Assembly (NCBI GenBank): GCA_017463935.1
Contig: JAFUEM010000016.1
Location: forward strand, 1 to 41,932
DNA: 41,932 bases
Source: Kiritimatiellia bacterium
GTDB lineage: Bacteria > Verrucomicrobiota > Kiritimatiellia > RFP12 > UBA1067
Direction: 5' to 3'
In this document: positions 33,655 to 41,932 of the stretch, piece after piece
Position numbering within the stretch: position 1 is the stretch's first letter
Layout of the letters: each line of letters starts with the position of its first letter
The notes under the pieces: generated by a model
Told to the model about the DNA's origin: nothing
Databases searched by the model: none
What the model saw: the letters and a program-made list of their open reading frames with translations, nothing else
Position numbers and translations under genes: made by a program

Positions 33655-35669
33655 ATGAAAAAGAGCAATGCAATTGTTATTGTCCTAACGGGTTCGGCGA
33701 TTGTTTTGGCGGCGATGGGATGCTGGTTCTGCTGGCATTGTCCGTCGCGGATATATCCGCCGCACGGCCTCTTTTGGCGGCAGCTGGCGTGGAACGGCGT
33801 GGGGCTGGCCGTGTTCGCCGGGGCGTGGCTCGCCGGTTGGCGACGGCTTCTCAAGGCCGCGCCGTGGCTGATGGCCGCATGGCTCGTCGCGATTACCGCC
33901 GCGCAGTTTTTCCATCCCGTTTGCGGCGCACACAAGTGGCTCTCCTTTGGCCCGCTTCGCGTCAACGTGGCGATGTGCTTCATGCCCGTGTTCGCGCTCT
34001 TCGCCGCATGGCTGCGGGACAGAAAGCGGTTGCGCCCATGGATGTGCTGGGCGGTTCTGTCTCTGTCCGCTGCCTGGGCAGTCTGGCACGTCGCAGGGGA
34101 TGGCGGGCGCATGGAGCGGCTGGCGGCGTTTTTCAATCCCCGCGACTATTGGATGCAGGACAGGATGTATATGTCGCGGCAGCTTCTGGCGGCGTTTGGC
34201 GCGTCGCGCTGGTTCGGCGACGCCGGCAGGAGCCTCGGTCTTCTGCCCTGCCCGGAGAGCGACGGGATGATGTCCGCGTCCGCGCTGATGTTCGGCAAAT
34301 GGTTCCCGGCGGTACTCGTGGGGATTTTCACGGTCGTCGGCGCATCACTGACATTGCTCTGGAAAGGCACGGGCGACACGGCCAAGCGCATGTTTGCGAT
34401 TCTCTTCGGACTATGGCTGATCGTGCCTGCGGCATACTGCTTCCTCCATTCTCTTGCGCTTCTGCCCGTAGCGGGAATGTCGCCCGCATTGGCCGGATAC
34501 GGCGGCACGGCGGTCGTAATGGCGTGGTTCGGAATCGGCATTCTCTCTGCGATGGTAGGGAGATGTGCGCCGGAGAGTGGCTGTGACACCGGGACTCGGA
34601 TCGGGGTTATGGCGGTGTTGGGCATTTGCGGCGCATGGATAGGCATTGCGGTTCTGGGGGTTGGTGTGCTTGTTTTGAGGTGCCTATCTGTTGAGGCGGA
34701 GAATCTGAAGTTCGCCGAGCCGAGGCCGTCGGACATGGAGTTCGGCGAGTTCGGCCTTGTCCCGAAGCGCGGACGGATTCTCGCCGCAGACGGGTCGCCG
34801 CTCGCCTACACGGTGCGGTCGTGAAGCTTCCATGTCGACCCACGTGTTCCGGAGGCAAAAACCGGCGACTCCTGCCGCTTCGCGGAGGCGGTGGCGCTCG
34901 GTTTTCGTCTGAATCCGAATGATGTCCGCGACGCTTATCAAAACACGCAGTCGCGTTACGTGCCGATACGGGAGGCGGACGACAAGAGTTCCGAAAATGA
35001 CTGGTACGAGCGGAACCGCCGATTGGCAAAGAAAGCCGGAATCATCCGCGAGCCTGTCCAGAAGCGCATCTATCCTCTTGGCGAGGCGGCGACGGCTGTG
35101 GTCGGCTTCATGCACGGCGGTGCGCATACGGACACGCCGCAGGGGGCGGGCGGTCTAGAGTGGGCTTTTGACAAGACGCTTGCCGGGACGAACGGCGCAG
35201 ACGATGCCAGCCTCCGCCTGGACGAGCGCGCACGACGCGTCCCGCCCGCGCCCGGCGCGGACGTCCGTGCGACCATCGTCCCCGACATCCAGAAGGCCGC
35301 GTGGGGGGCGCTCTCGCCGCCGCCTGCGCGACGAACGGCGCGGAGTCCGCATTTGCGCTCGTGATGAAGGTGCCGTCCGGCGAAATCGCGGCGATGGCGT
35401 CGTGGCCGTCGTTCGATCCGTCCAGGCGCAGGAAACTCGGCACATGGGACTTTTCAATGGCCGCCAACCGCGCCGCGCAGACCGTGTTCGAGCCGGGCGG
35501 GCTCGCGCGGCCGATGATCGAGGCGATCGCGCTTGATTCGGGCGTCGAGGCTGACGTCACGAACATCGTCTCTTGGGTGGGCGCGGAAAAGTTCCATGCC
35601 GCGCTGCGGTCCGTATTCATGGACATCCTGAATCTGCTGTCGCGGAACACAGGTCGCTCCCGGCGGTAA
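33655..35669 (+). pseudogene. Decayed FtsW/RodA (SEDS)-class B PBP fusion gene
   Basis: SEDS motifs (GAHKWLSFGPLRV, RLAAFFNP, LPCPESD, PALAGYGGT) run into PBP PKRGRILAADG. In-frame TGA at 34822-34824; the same frame continues RIYP...GLEWAFDKTLAG. Frameshift near 35303-35315 into GEIAAMASWPSFDP...VFEPG, which lacks SxxK. Confidence 0.8.
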
Positions 35670-35723
35670 GGAACGGCCGGCCGCGCGTTCGGCAGGGCCG
35701 GAGTCCCCAAGCCGTCCAAAATA

Positions 35724-35732
35724 TGATATAAT
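35724..35732 (+). promoter_or_regulatory. Extended -10 promoter (TGaTATAAT) for etfB, probably leaderless
   Basis: TGATATAAT, 8 nt, then ATG 35741. No SD. Confidence 0.55.
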
Positions 35733-35740
35733 AGCGGCCT

Positions 35741-36613
35741 ATGGCAACCGATACGAACAAGTCCGGCCGCAGCGGCGGCTACACGTCTGTGGTCTGCATC
35801 AAGCAGGTCCCCGACACCAAGCAGGTGACCGGCGAGGCCATGAAGGCTGACGGCACCATCAACCGCGCGGCGCTGCCCGCGATTTTCAACCCCGAGGACC
35901 GCAACGCCCTGGAGGCCGCGCTGTCCGTCCGCGACCGTTGCGGCGGCAAGGTGATCGCCCTCGCGATGGGCCTGCCGGCCGCGTGCGCGATCCTGCGCGA
36001 GGCGCTCATGTGCGGCGCGGACGAGGCCTACCTCGTCACCGACCGCAAGGCCGCGGGCTCGGATACGCTCGCGACGAGCTACATCCTCTCGCAGGCCGTC
36101 CGGCGCTTCAACCCCGACCTCGTCTTCTGCGGCCGCCAGGCCATCGACGGCGACACGGCCCAGACGGGCCCGCAGATCGCCGAGAAGCTCGGCTACGCGG
36201 CGATCACCTACCTCGAGAAGCTGGAGATGGACGGCGACTGGGCGATCGCGACGCGCGACATCGGCACGGGCATCGAGACCGACCGTGTCAAGCTCCCCGC
36301 GCTCTTCACCGTGACCGAGAAGTTCGGCGACCTGCGGCCCTACGAGATGCGCCGCGTCATGAAGTACAAGAAGGCGAAGGCGCCGGTCGAGAACGGCGGC
36401 GCCGCGCCGGAGGGTGCGGCCGCGATCGGGCAGCTCAGCTGCGACGACATCGGCTGCGACCCGGCGCGCTGCGGCTTCGCGGGCTCGCCCACGAGCGTCC
36501 ACAGGATCGTCTCGGTCGTGCTGGCGGGCGGCGACTACAAGGAGGTCGCCGCGACGGACGAGGGAATCAACGGCTTGATCGGCGAGCTGATCGCGGATCA
36601 CACCATCGGCTGA
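35741..36613 (+). CDS. etfB: Electron transfer flavoprotein beta subunit
   Basis: VVCIKQVPDT, NPEDRNALEAAL, GSDTLATS, CGRQAIDGDTAQTGPQIAE. Confidence 0.95.
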   Translation: MATDTNKSGRSGGYTSVVCIKQVPDTKQVTGEAMKADGTINRAALPAIFNPEDRNALEAALSVRDRCGGKVIALAMGLPAACAILREALMCGADEAYLVTDRKAAGSDTLATSYILSQAVRRFNPDLVFCGRQAIDGDTAQTGPQIAEKLGYAAITYLEKLEMDGDWAIATRDIGTGIETDRVKLPALFTVTEKFGDLRPYEMRRVMKYKKAKAPVENGGAAPEGAAAIGQLSCDDIGCDPARCGFAGSPTSVHRIVSVVLAGGDYKEVAATDEGINGLIGELIADHTIG

Positions 36614-36639
36614 GAATCCGGGAAAGAAAGGCTTAAGAC

Positions 36640-37671
36640 ATGATGGAAGACAGAAGCAGGGGCGAGGTCTGGGTCTTCGCCGAACAGGAAGACGGCCGGC
36701 TGAGCGACGTTCCGCGCGAACTGCTCGGCAAGGGGCGCGCGCTCGCCGATCGGCTCGGCGTGCCGCTCGCGGCGGTGCTGATGGGCGACAGGGTGGAAGG
36801 TCTCGCGGCGACGCTCTTTGCGGCGGGCGCGGACAAGGTGCATCTCGTCGAGGATCCGGCGCTCGCGGTGTTCCGCGGCAAGGCGTACCGGCATGCGTTC
36901 GTGCGGCTCATCAGGGACTGCGCGCCGCAGATCGTCATCTTCGGCGCGACGCACATGGGGCGCGACCTCGCGCCGGCGGTCGCCTCGGAGCTGCGCTGCG
37001 GCCTGACGGCGGACTGCACCGACCTGCAGATCGGCGACTACGTCGACCCCAAGACGAAGGAGGAGTTCAAGAACGTCCTGCTCCAGATCCGTCCGGCGTT
37101 CGGCGGCAACATCATCGCCACCATCGTCAACGCGCGCAACTGGCCGCAGATGGCGACGGTGCGCGAAGGCGTGATGAAGCCCCTGGATCCGCAGCCGGGC
37201 CGCACGGGCGAGCTCGTGCGCCACGCGGCGGGGCTGGACGGCGTGGAGATTCCGGTGGAGGTCGTCGAGATCATCCGCCGGCAGTCGACCGTCAACCTCA
37301 AGGGGTCGCGCATCATCGTCTGCGGCGGCGCGGGCGTGGGCTCGAAGGAGAACTTCAGGCTCCTGCACGACCTCGCGGCGGTCCTCGGCGGCGCGGTGGG
37401 CGGCTCGCGCGCGGCGGTCGACCTCGGCTACTGCGAGCACGAGCGGCAGATCGGCCAGACGGGCGTGACGGTCCGTCCCGCGCTCATGATCAGTTGCGGC
37501 GTGTCGGGCGCGGTCCAGCACCTCGCGGGCATGCAGGACTCGGCGAAGATCATCGCCATCAACACCGACAGGGACGCGCCGATCTTCAAGGTCGCGCACT
37601 ACGGCATCGTCGGCGACCTCAACGTGGTCGTTCCGAAGCTTATCAAGGCCATCAAGCAGAAGGGCGCGTGA
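36640..37671 (+). CDS. etfA: Electron transfer flavoprotein alpha subunit
   Basis: VWVFAEQ, GLTADCT, QIRPAFGGN, QIGQTG.TVRP, GVSGAVQHLAGM, IAINTD..APIF. Confidence 0.95.
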   Translation: MMEDRSRGEVWVFAEQEDGRLSDVPRELLGKGRALADRLGVPLAAVLMGDRVEGLAATLFAAGADKVHLVEDPALAVFRGKAYRHAFVRLIRDCAPQIVIFGATHMGRDLAPAVASELRCGLTADCTDLQIGDYVDPKTKEEFKNVLLQIRPAFGGNIIATIVNARNWPQMATVREGVMKPLDPQPGRTGELVRHAAGLDGVEIPVEVVEIIRRQSTVNLKGSRIIVCGGAGVGSKENFRLLHDLAAVLGGAVGGSRAAVDLGYCEHERQIGQTGVTVRPALMISCGVSGAVQHLAGMQDSAKIIAINTDRDAPIFKVAHYGIVGDLNVVVPKLIKAIKQKGA

Positions 37672-37676
37672 TCGTC

Positions 37677-38354
37677 ATGCCGACGAGCCGATATCCCGTG
37701 GCGCTGATGGAACGGTTCGAGTTCCACAGCTACGGTCATGCCCTGGAGATCCTGACCGGGTCGTTTCCACTGTGCTGGAGAGAGCTGTGCGAATCACTTG
37801 ACCGCTTCCGCATAACGACCGACGAGCTTCTGGCGGCGGGCGGAAACGAAACGGCCATCCCGAAGAAATTCGACGACGTTCTCTATCCGCTTGGATGGAA
37901 GGAGATCAAGATAACCGGGGATCTGCTGATCAAGATGTATCCGCGCAAGGCCAATCAGCGGGGGCGTTTTTCCGAGCAGCCGTTTGACGAGAAGAGCATC
38001 GCCGGATGGATCGACGGGCACAACATCGACTTCATCAAGAATAAGGTGGCGTTCGACCTTGAATGGAACAGCAAGGACCAGACGTTCGACCGCGACCTTC
38101 TGGCGATGCGCACCTACTTCGACTGCGGGTTGATCGACGTCGGCGTGATCGTCACGCGCTCGGAGGAGCTGAATGACGTCTTTCGCGCATTGAAGGACGG
38201 ACGAGGCGAGCCGCTCATCAAGAAATACGGAGCGTCTACGACCTGGATGGGCAAGTTGCTCCCCCGGCTCAACAGCCGTCGCAACGGCGGATGTCCGATC
38301 CTCGCCGTGGGCATCCGCAAGCCCTGCGTCATCGACTGGAAGGAGGGGTCATGA
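37677..38354 (+). CDS. BglII/BstYI-like type II restriction endonuclease
   Basis: IDFIKNKVAFDLEWNSKDQTFDRDL, a PD-(D/E)xK-variant site typical of this family. ATGA overlap with the methylase. Confidence 0.75.
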   Translation: MPTSRYPVALMERFEFHSYGHALEILTGSFPLCWRELCESLDRFRITTDELLAAGGNETAIPKKFDDVLYPLGWKEIKITGDLLIKMYPRKANQRGRFSEQPFDEKSIAGWIDGHNIDFIKNKVAFDLEWNSKDQTFDRDLLAMRTYFDCGLIDVGVIVTRSEELNDVFRALKDGRGEPLIKKYGASTTWMGKLLPRLNSRRNGGCPILAVGIRKPCVIDWKEGS

Positions 38355-39001
38355 CTTCTCTCGAGCAGACCGTGACCGACTTCGTCCATTTCACCGCGGG
38401 CAAGAACTACCAGACCGTCTACGCGGATCCCCCGTGGCGGTTCGCCAACCGTACGGGCAAGATGGCGCCGGAGCACAAACGCCTCAGCCGGTATGCGACG
38501 ATGGATGTCGACGAGATCAAGGCGCTGCCCGTTGGTGCCGTGACGGCGGAGAAGGCGCACTTGTATCTCTGGGTCCCCAACGCGCTTCTTCCCGAAGGCC
38601 TCGCCGTCATGAAGTCGTGGGGCTTCGAATACAAGACGAATCTCATCTGGGAGAAGGTGCGCAAGGACGGAATGCCGGATGGCCGCGGCGTTGGTTTTTA
38701 TTTCCGCAATGTCACGGAGATGCTGCTGTTCGGAATCAAGGGGACGAAGAACAGGACACGCGCGAGCGGCCGTTCGCAGGTCAACCTCCTGCGGACGATG
38801 AAGCGCGAACATTCGCGCAAGCCCGACGAATTCGTCAATCTGATCGAGGAATGTTCCTCCGCGCCTCGTCTTGAGATGTTCGCGCGGGGGGACAGGGACG
38901 GATGGGACATGTGGGGCAATCAGGCTAACGATGCTTACGAGCCGACATGGCCGACTTACGCAAATCACACAACGGCAAAAGTCAAATCGAAACGCAAGTA
39001 A
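38351..39001 (+). CDS. MT-A70 family amino-methyltransferase
   Basis: YADPPW, HLYLWVPN, WGFEYKTNLIWEK, GFYFRNVTE.LLFG, REHSRKPDE, LEMFAR...GW..WGNQ. Confidence 0.9.
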   Translation: MTSLEQTVTDFVHFTAGKNYQTVYADPPWRFANRTGKMAPEHKRLSRYATMDVDEIKALPVGAVTAEKAHLYLWVPNALLPEGLAVMKSWGFEYKTNLIWEKVRKDGMPDGRGVGFYFRNVTEMLLFGIKGTKNRTRASGRSQVNLLRTMKREHSRKPDEFVNLIEECSSAPRLEMFARGDRDGWDMWGNQANDAYEPTWPTYANHTTAKVKSKRK

Positions 39002-39010
39002 GGAGAACAA

Positions 39011-40744
39011 ATGGGCAATTTCTACAGGGACAACAAGGACATCGAGGAGACGATCGACCTTCTCGACCTCACCGAGGTCGCGACGCTCCTGGAGGAGGAC
39101 TTCAAGTTCGCGAAGGAGTACGATTTCGCGCCGGCGGACGCCGCGGACGCGATCGACAACTACAAGCGCGCGATCGACCTCACGGGCGACATCATGGCCA
39201 ACCGCATCGCCCCGCTCGCGGAGGAGACGGACCTCGTCGGCAACACGCTGAACGAGGACGGCTCCGTGACGCGCGCGCCGGGGATGAAGCTCGCCATCGA
39301 GCTCTTCGGCAAGACGGGCCTCATGGGCGTGACGATCCCCTACTACCTCGGCGGCCTCAACATGCCGTGCACCGTCCTCACCGCGTGCAACGACATCGTC
39401 AGCCGCGGCGACGCCGGGCTCATGAACCTCTTCGGGCTCCAGGGCATCGCCGAGACGATCAACTGGTTCGCCGACGAGGACATCAAGAAGGAATACGTCC
39501 CGCGCCTCGTCACCGGCGAATGGACGGGCGCGATGGTGCTCACCGAGCCGGACGCGGGCAGCGACCTCCAGTCCGTCAAGACGTCCGCGTACCAGGACAA
39601 GGACGGCGTCTGGCGCGTCAACGGCGTCAAGCGCTTCATCACGAACGGCTGCGGCGAGGTGCTGCTCGTCCTCGCGCGCACGGAGCCCGAGTTCAGCGAC
39701 GGCCGCGGCCTGAGCTGCCTGCTGGTCGAGAAGGGCCCGTGGGTCAAGGTGCGCCGCCTCGAGAACAAGCTCGGCATCCACGGCTCGCCGACGTGCGAGA
39801 TGGTCTTCACCGAGGCGCCGGCGAAGCTGATCGGCCTCCGGAAGCGCGGCCTCATCACCTACGTCATGGCGCTCATGAACGGCGCGCGCATGGGCATCGC
39901 GGCGCAGGGCACCGGCATCGCCGAGGCCGCCTACCGCGCGGCGCGCGACTACGCCGCGGCGCGCAGGCAGTTCGGCGTGACGATCGATACGTTCCCGGCG
40001 CTGCGCGAACTCATGTCCACGATGTCGGTTGAGCTCCAGGCGTCGCGCCTGCTGACCTACTACTCGGCCAAGAACGTCGACCTCGAAGCGGGCCTCGGCC
40101 GCAAGTTCGAGACGCTCAAGGGCTCGCCCGAGGCGCCCGCCGTCCGCGCCCGCCTCAAGAAGCACGCGGCGTTCAACAAGATGCTGACGCCCATGGCGAA
40201 GTACTACGGCTCGGAGCTCTCCATGCGCAACGCGCAGGGCGCGATCGCCGTTCTGGGCGGCTCGGGCTTCATGAAGGACTATCCGTGCGAGCGGTACCTG
40301 CGCGACAGCCGCATCACGACGATCTACGAGGGCACCTCGCAGCTCCAGGTCGTCGCGGCCATCGCGGGCGTGACGGGCGGGCTCGTCAAGGACGTCATCG
40401 CCGACATCCTCGGCACGGACGCGTGGCAGGGCGACCATCCGCGCATGGCGGCGCTCCTGAAGGAGCTGGACGACGCGATCGAATTCGTGAAGGGCCGCGC
40501 GGACGCGAAGACGTACCACGACCTGTCGGCGCGCAAGCTCGTCGACGCCGCGATCGCGCTCGTCGTCGCCGCGCTGTTCGTGAAGGCCGCGGCCCGCTAC
40601 GAACACAAGAAGGCGTCGCTCGCGTTCTGGCTCAACATGGAGTTCCCGCGCGTCAGGGCCGGCCTCGCGCAGGTCATGTCCGGCTACGCCGGGGCGACCG
40701 ACGACTTCGAGACGCTCGCGCCGGCGGTCACGCTCGCGGACTGA
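39011..40744 (+). CDS. Acyl-CoA dehydrogenase (long type, ETF-linked)
   Basis: MVLTEPDAGSDL, NGVKRFITNG, KLGIHGSPTCE, RRQFG, QGAIAVLGGSGF, RDSRITTIYEGTSQLQ. Confidence 0.92.
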   Translation: MGNFYRDNKDIEETIDLLDLTEVATLLEEDFKFAKEYDFAPADAADAIDNYKRAIDLTGDIMANRIAPLAEETDLVGNTLNEDGSVTRAPGMKLAIELFGKTGLMGVTIPYYLGGLNMPCTVLTACNDIVSRGDAGLMNLFGLQGIAETINWFADEDIKKEYVPRLVTGEWTGAMVLTEPDAGSDLQSVKTSAYQDKDGVWRVNGVKRFITNGCGEVLLVLARTEPEFSDGRGLSCLLVEKGPWVKVRRLENKLGIHGSPTCEMVFTEAPAKLIGLRKRGLITYVMALMNGARMGIAAQGTGIAEAAYRAARDYAAARRQFGVTIDTFPALRELMSTMSVELQASRLLTYYSAKNVDLEAGLGRKFETLKGSPEAPAVRARLKKHAAFNKMLTPMAKYYGSELSMRNAQGAIAVLGGSGFMKDYPCERYLRDSRITTIYEGTSQLQVVAAIAGVTGGLVKDVIADILGTDAWQGDHPRMAALLKELDDAIEFVKGRADAKTYHDLSARKLVDAAIALVVAALFVKAAARYEHKKASLAFWLNMEFPRVRAGLAQVMSGYAGATDDFETLAPAVTLAD

Positions 40745-40789
40745 CGGCAGGGCACCATGGTCCGGCGGCGATAGGTTGAGGGCGAAAGG

Positions 40790-41932
40790 ATGAGCGACTT
40801 CGTCCATCTTCATCTGCACACCACCTATTCGCTGCTGGACGGGCAGTGCCAGATCGCGCCGCTCGTGGAGCGCGCGCGGCGGCTCGGGATGCGCGCCCTG
40901 GCCGTCACCGACCACGGCAACCTCTTTGCGCTCAAATCGTTCCACGAGACGTGCAGGTCGAAGAAGAAGCAGTTCGCCGACCTGCCGCCGATCAAGCCGA
41001 TCCTCGGGTGCGAGACGTACGTCACCTCGACGGGCGACTACACGACGCGCGACAAGAACGAGTTCCGCCACCACCTCTGCCTGCACGCGAAGAACGCGGT
41101 CGGCTACCACAACCTCGTGCGGCTCATCTCCGAGTCGCACATCCACGGCTTCTACGGCCGTCCGCGCATCGACCATGCGCTGCTGGAGAAGTACCATGAA
41201 GGGCTGCACTGCTCGGCGGCGTGCATCGCGGGCGAGGTGCCGCACGCGCTCGACACGGGGAACATGGCCGAGGCCGAGAAGATCGCCAAATGGTACAAGG
41301 ATCTCTTCGGCGACGACTACTCGCTCGAGGTGATGCTCCACAAGGCGGTGAAGGCCGGTCCCGACATCCCGCCCGCCGCGCAGAACGAGTTCGCGGATCT
41401 CTATCAGCGTCAGCTGAAGATCGTCCAGGGGATGCTCGCGCTCGGCCGGAAGCTCGACATCCGCGTGATCGCGACGAACGACGTCCACTTCCTCGACGCG
41501 GAAGACGACGATTCGCACGACGTGCTGCTCGCGCTGTCGACCGGCAAGAAGATGTCGGACGCGGGGCGCATGATCTACACGGGGCAGGAATACTTCAAGA
41601 CGGCGGACGAGATGGCGGCGCTCTTCGCGGAGAACCCCGAGCTCCTCGCCAACACGCTCGAGGTTGCCGAGCGCATCGAGGACTACAAGCTCGACTCCGA
41701 CCCGATCATGCCGAAGTTCGCGATTCCCGAATCGTTCGGCACCGAGGAGGGCACGCGCGCGAAATACGACCTCGACGCGCTCACGTCGCTGTACCCCGCC
41801 GGGCGCGTCGACAAGCTCGGCGGCTACGACAAGGTGATCCGCATCCAGTTCGAGGCAGAGTATCTCGCCTCGCTCGTGTGGGCGGGCGCGCAGCGGCGAT
41901 GGGGCGCGGCACCGGGCGCGGCACCGGGCGCG
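40790..41932 (+). CDS. dnaE: DNA polymerase III alpha subunit, 3' truncated by window edge
   Basis: SD AAAGG, then MSDFVHLHLHTTYSLLDG, AVTDHGNLF, KPILGCETYV, HLCLHAKN..GYHNL, ATNDVHF, QEYFKT. Open to the window end; not in the ORF track. Confidence 0.95.
   Translation, partial: MSDFVHLHLHTTYSLLDGQCQIAPLVERARRLGMRALAVTDHGNLFALKSFHETCRSKKKQFADLPPIKPILGCETYVTSTGDYTTRDKNEFRHHLCLHAKNAVGYHNLVRLISESHIHGFYGRPRIDHALLEKYHEGLHCSAACIAGEVPHALDTGNMAEAEKIAKWYKDLFGDDYSLEVMLHKAVKAGPDIPPAAQNEFADLYQRQLKIVQGMLALGRKLDIRVIATNDVHFLDAEDDDSHDVLLALSTGKKMSDAGRMIYTGQEYFKTADEMAALFAENPELLANTLEVAERIEDYKLDSDPIMPKFAIPESFGTEEGTRAKYDLDALTSLYPAGRVDKLGGYDKVIRIQFEAEYLASLVWAGAQRRWGAAPGAAPGA

Noticed and set aside
34822-34824. TGA recoded as Trp or Sec
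   Set aside because: TGA is the normal stop of many genes here, and the same gene also has a frameshift and lost catalytic motif, so decay is simpler.
35108-41518. Long minus-strand ORFs 35108..36601, 36598..37599 and 38114..41518
   Set aside because: Shadows of etfB, etfA, the R-M pair, the dehydrogenase and dnaE.
41902-41932. 12-bp tandem repeat GGGCGCGGCACC (2.6 copies) at the window end
   Set aside because: At the sequence edge; may be an assembly-end artifact or a GAAP linker in DnaE and cannot be evaluated.
1-41932. CRISPR array, tRNA or rRNA genes
   Set aside because: No regularly spaced repeat-spacer pattern or recognisable structural RNA found by eye. A covariance-model scan was not possible.

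Overview
The window has three blocks. (1) 1-11500 is high-GC DNA (hand-counted sample 601-660: 70%). It carries a carbohydrate-utilisation cluster: HAD hydrolase, XylR-type regulator, large secreted LamG-repeat protein, Tat-exported PHP-fold metallohydrolase, GH2, GH84 and an internally deleted GH10. (2) About 11600-33600 is a lower-GC accessory region (samples 35-53%) with all genes on the + strand, mostly tightly spaced. It encodes an ECF-like sigma factor, a zinc-finger/winged-helix membrane protein, two ESCRT-III (Snf7/Vps2)-like proteins and an MIT-domain Vps4-like AAA+ ATPase. Downstream come membrane proteins, a Ser/Thr kinase, a GAP1-N-like protein, two TRAFAC GTPase fusion proteins plus a relic of a third, an SPFH-like coiled-coil membrane protein, a SEL1-repeat protein and a four-YbjN-domain lipoprotein. 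(3) 33650-41932 is high-GC again: a decayed FtsW/RodA-PBP fusion, etfB-etfA, an inserted BglII-like endonuclease/MT-A70 methylase pair, acyl-CoA dehydrogenase and the 5' part of dnaE. The main candidate for an undescribed system is the bacterial ESCRT-III/Vps4-like module inside a GTPase/kinase/SPFH membrane operon. The gene style suggests a PVC-group host, possibly Kiritimatiellia; this is inference only. All family calls come from motif recognition by eye, with no database searches.
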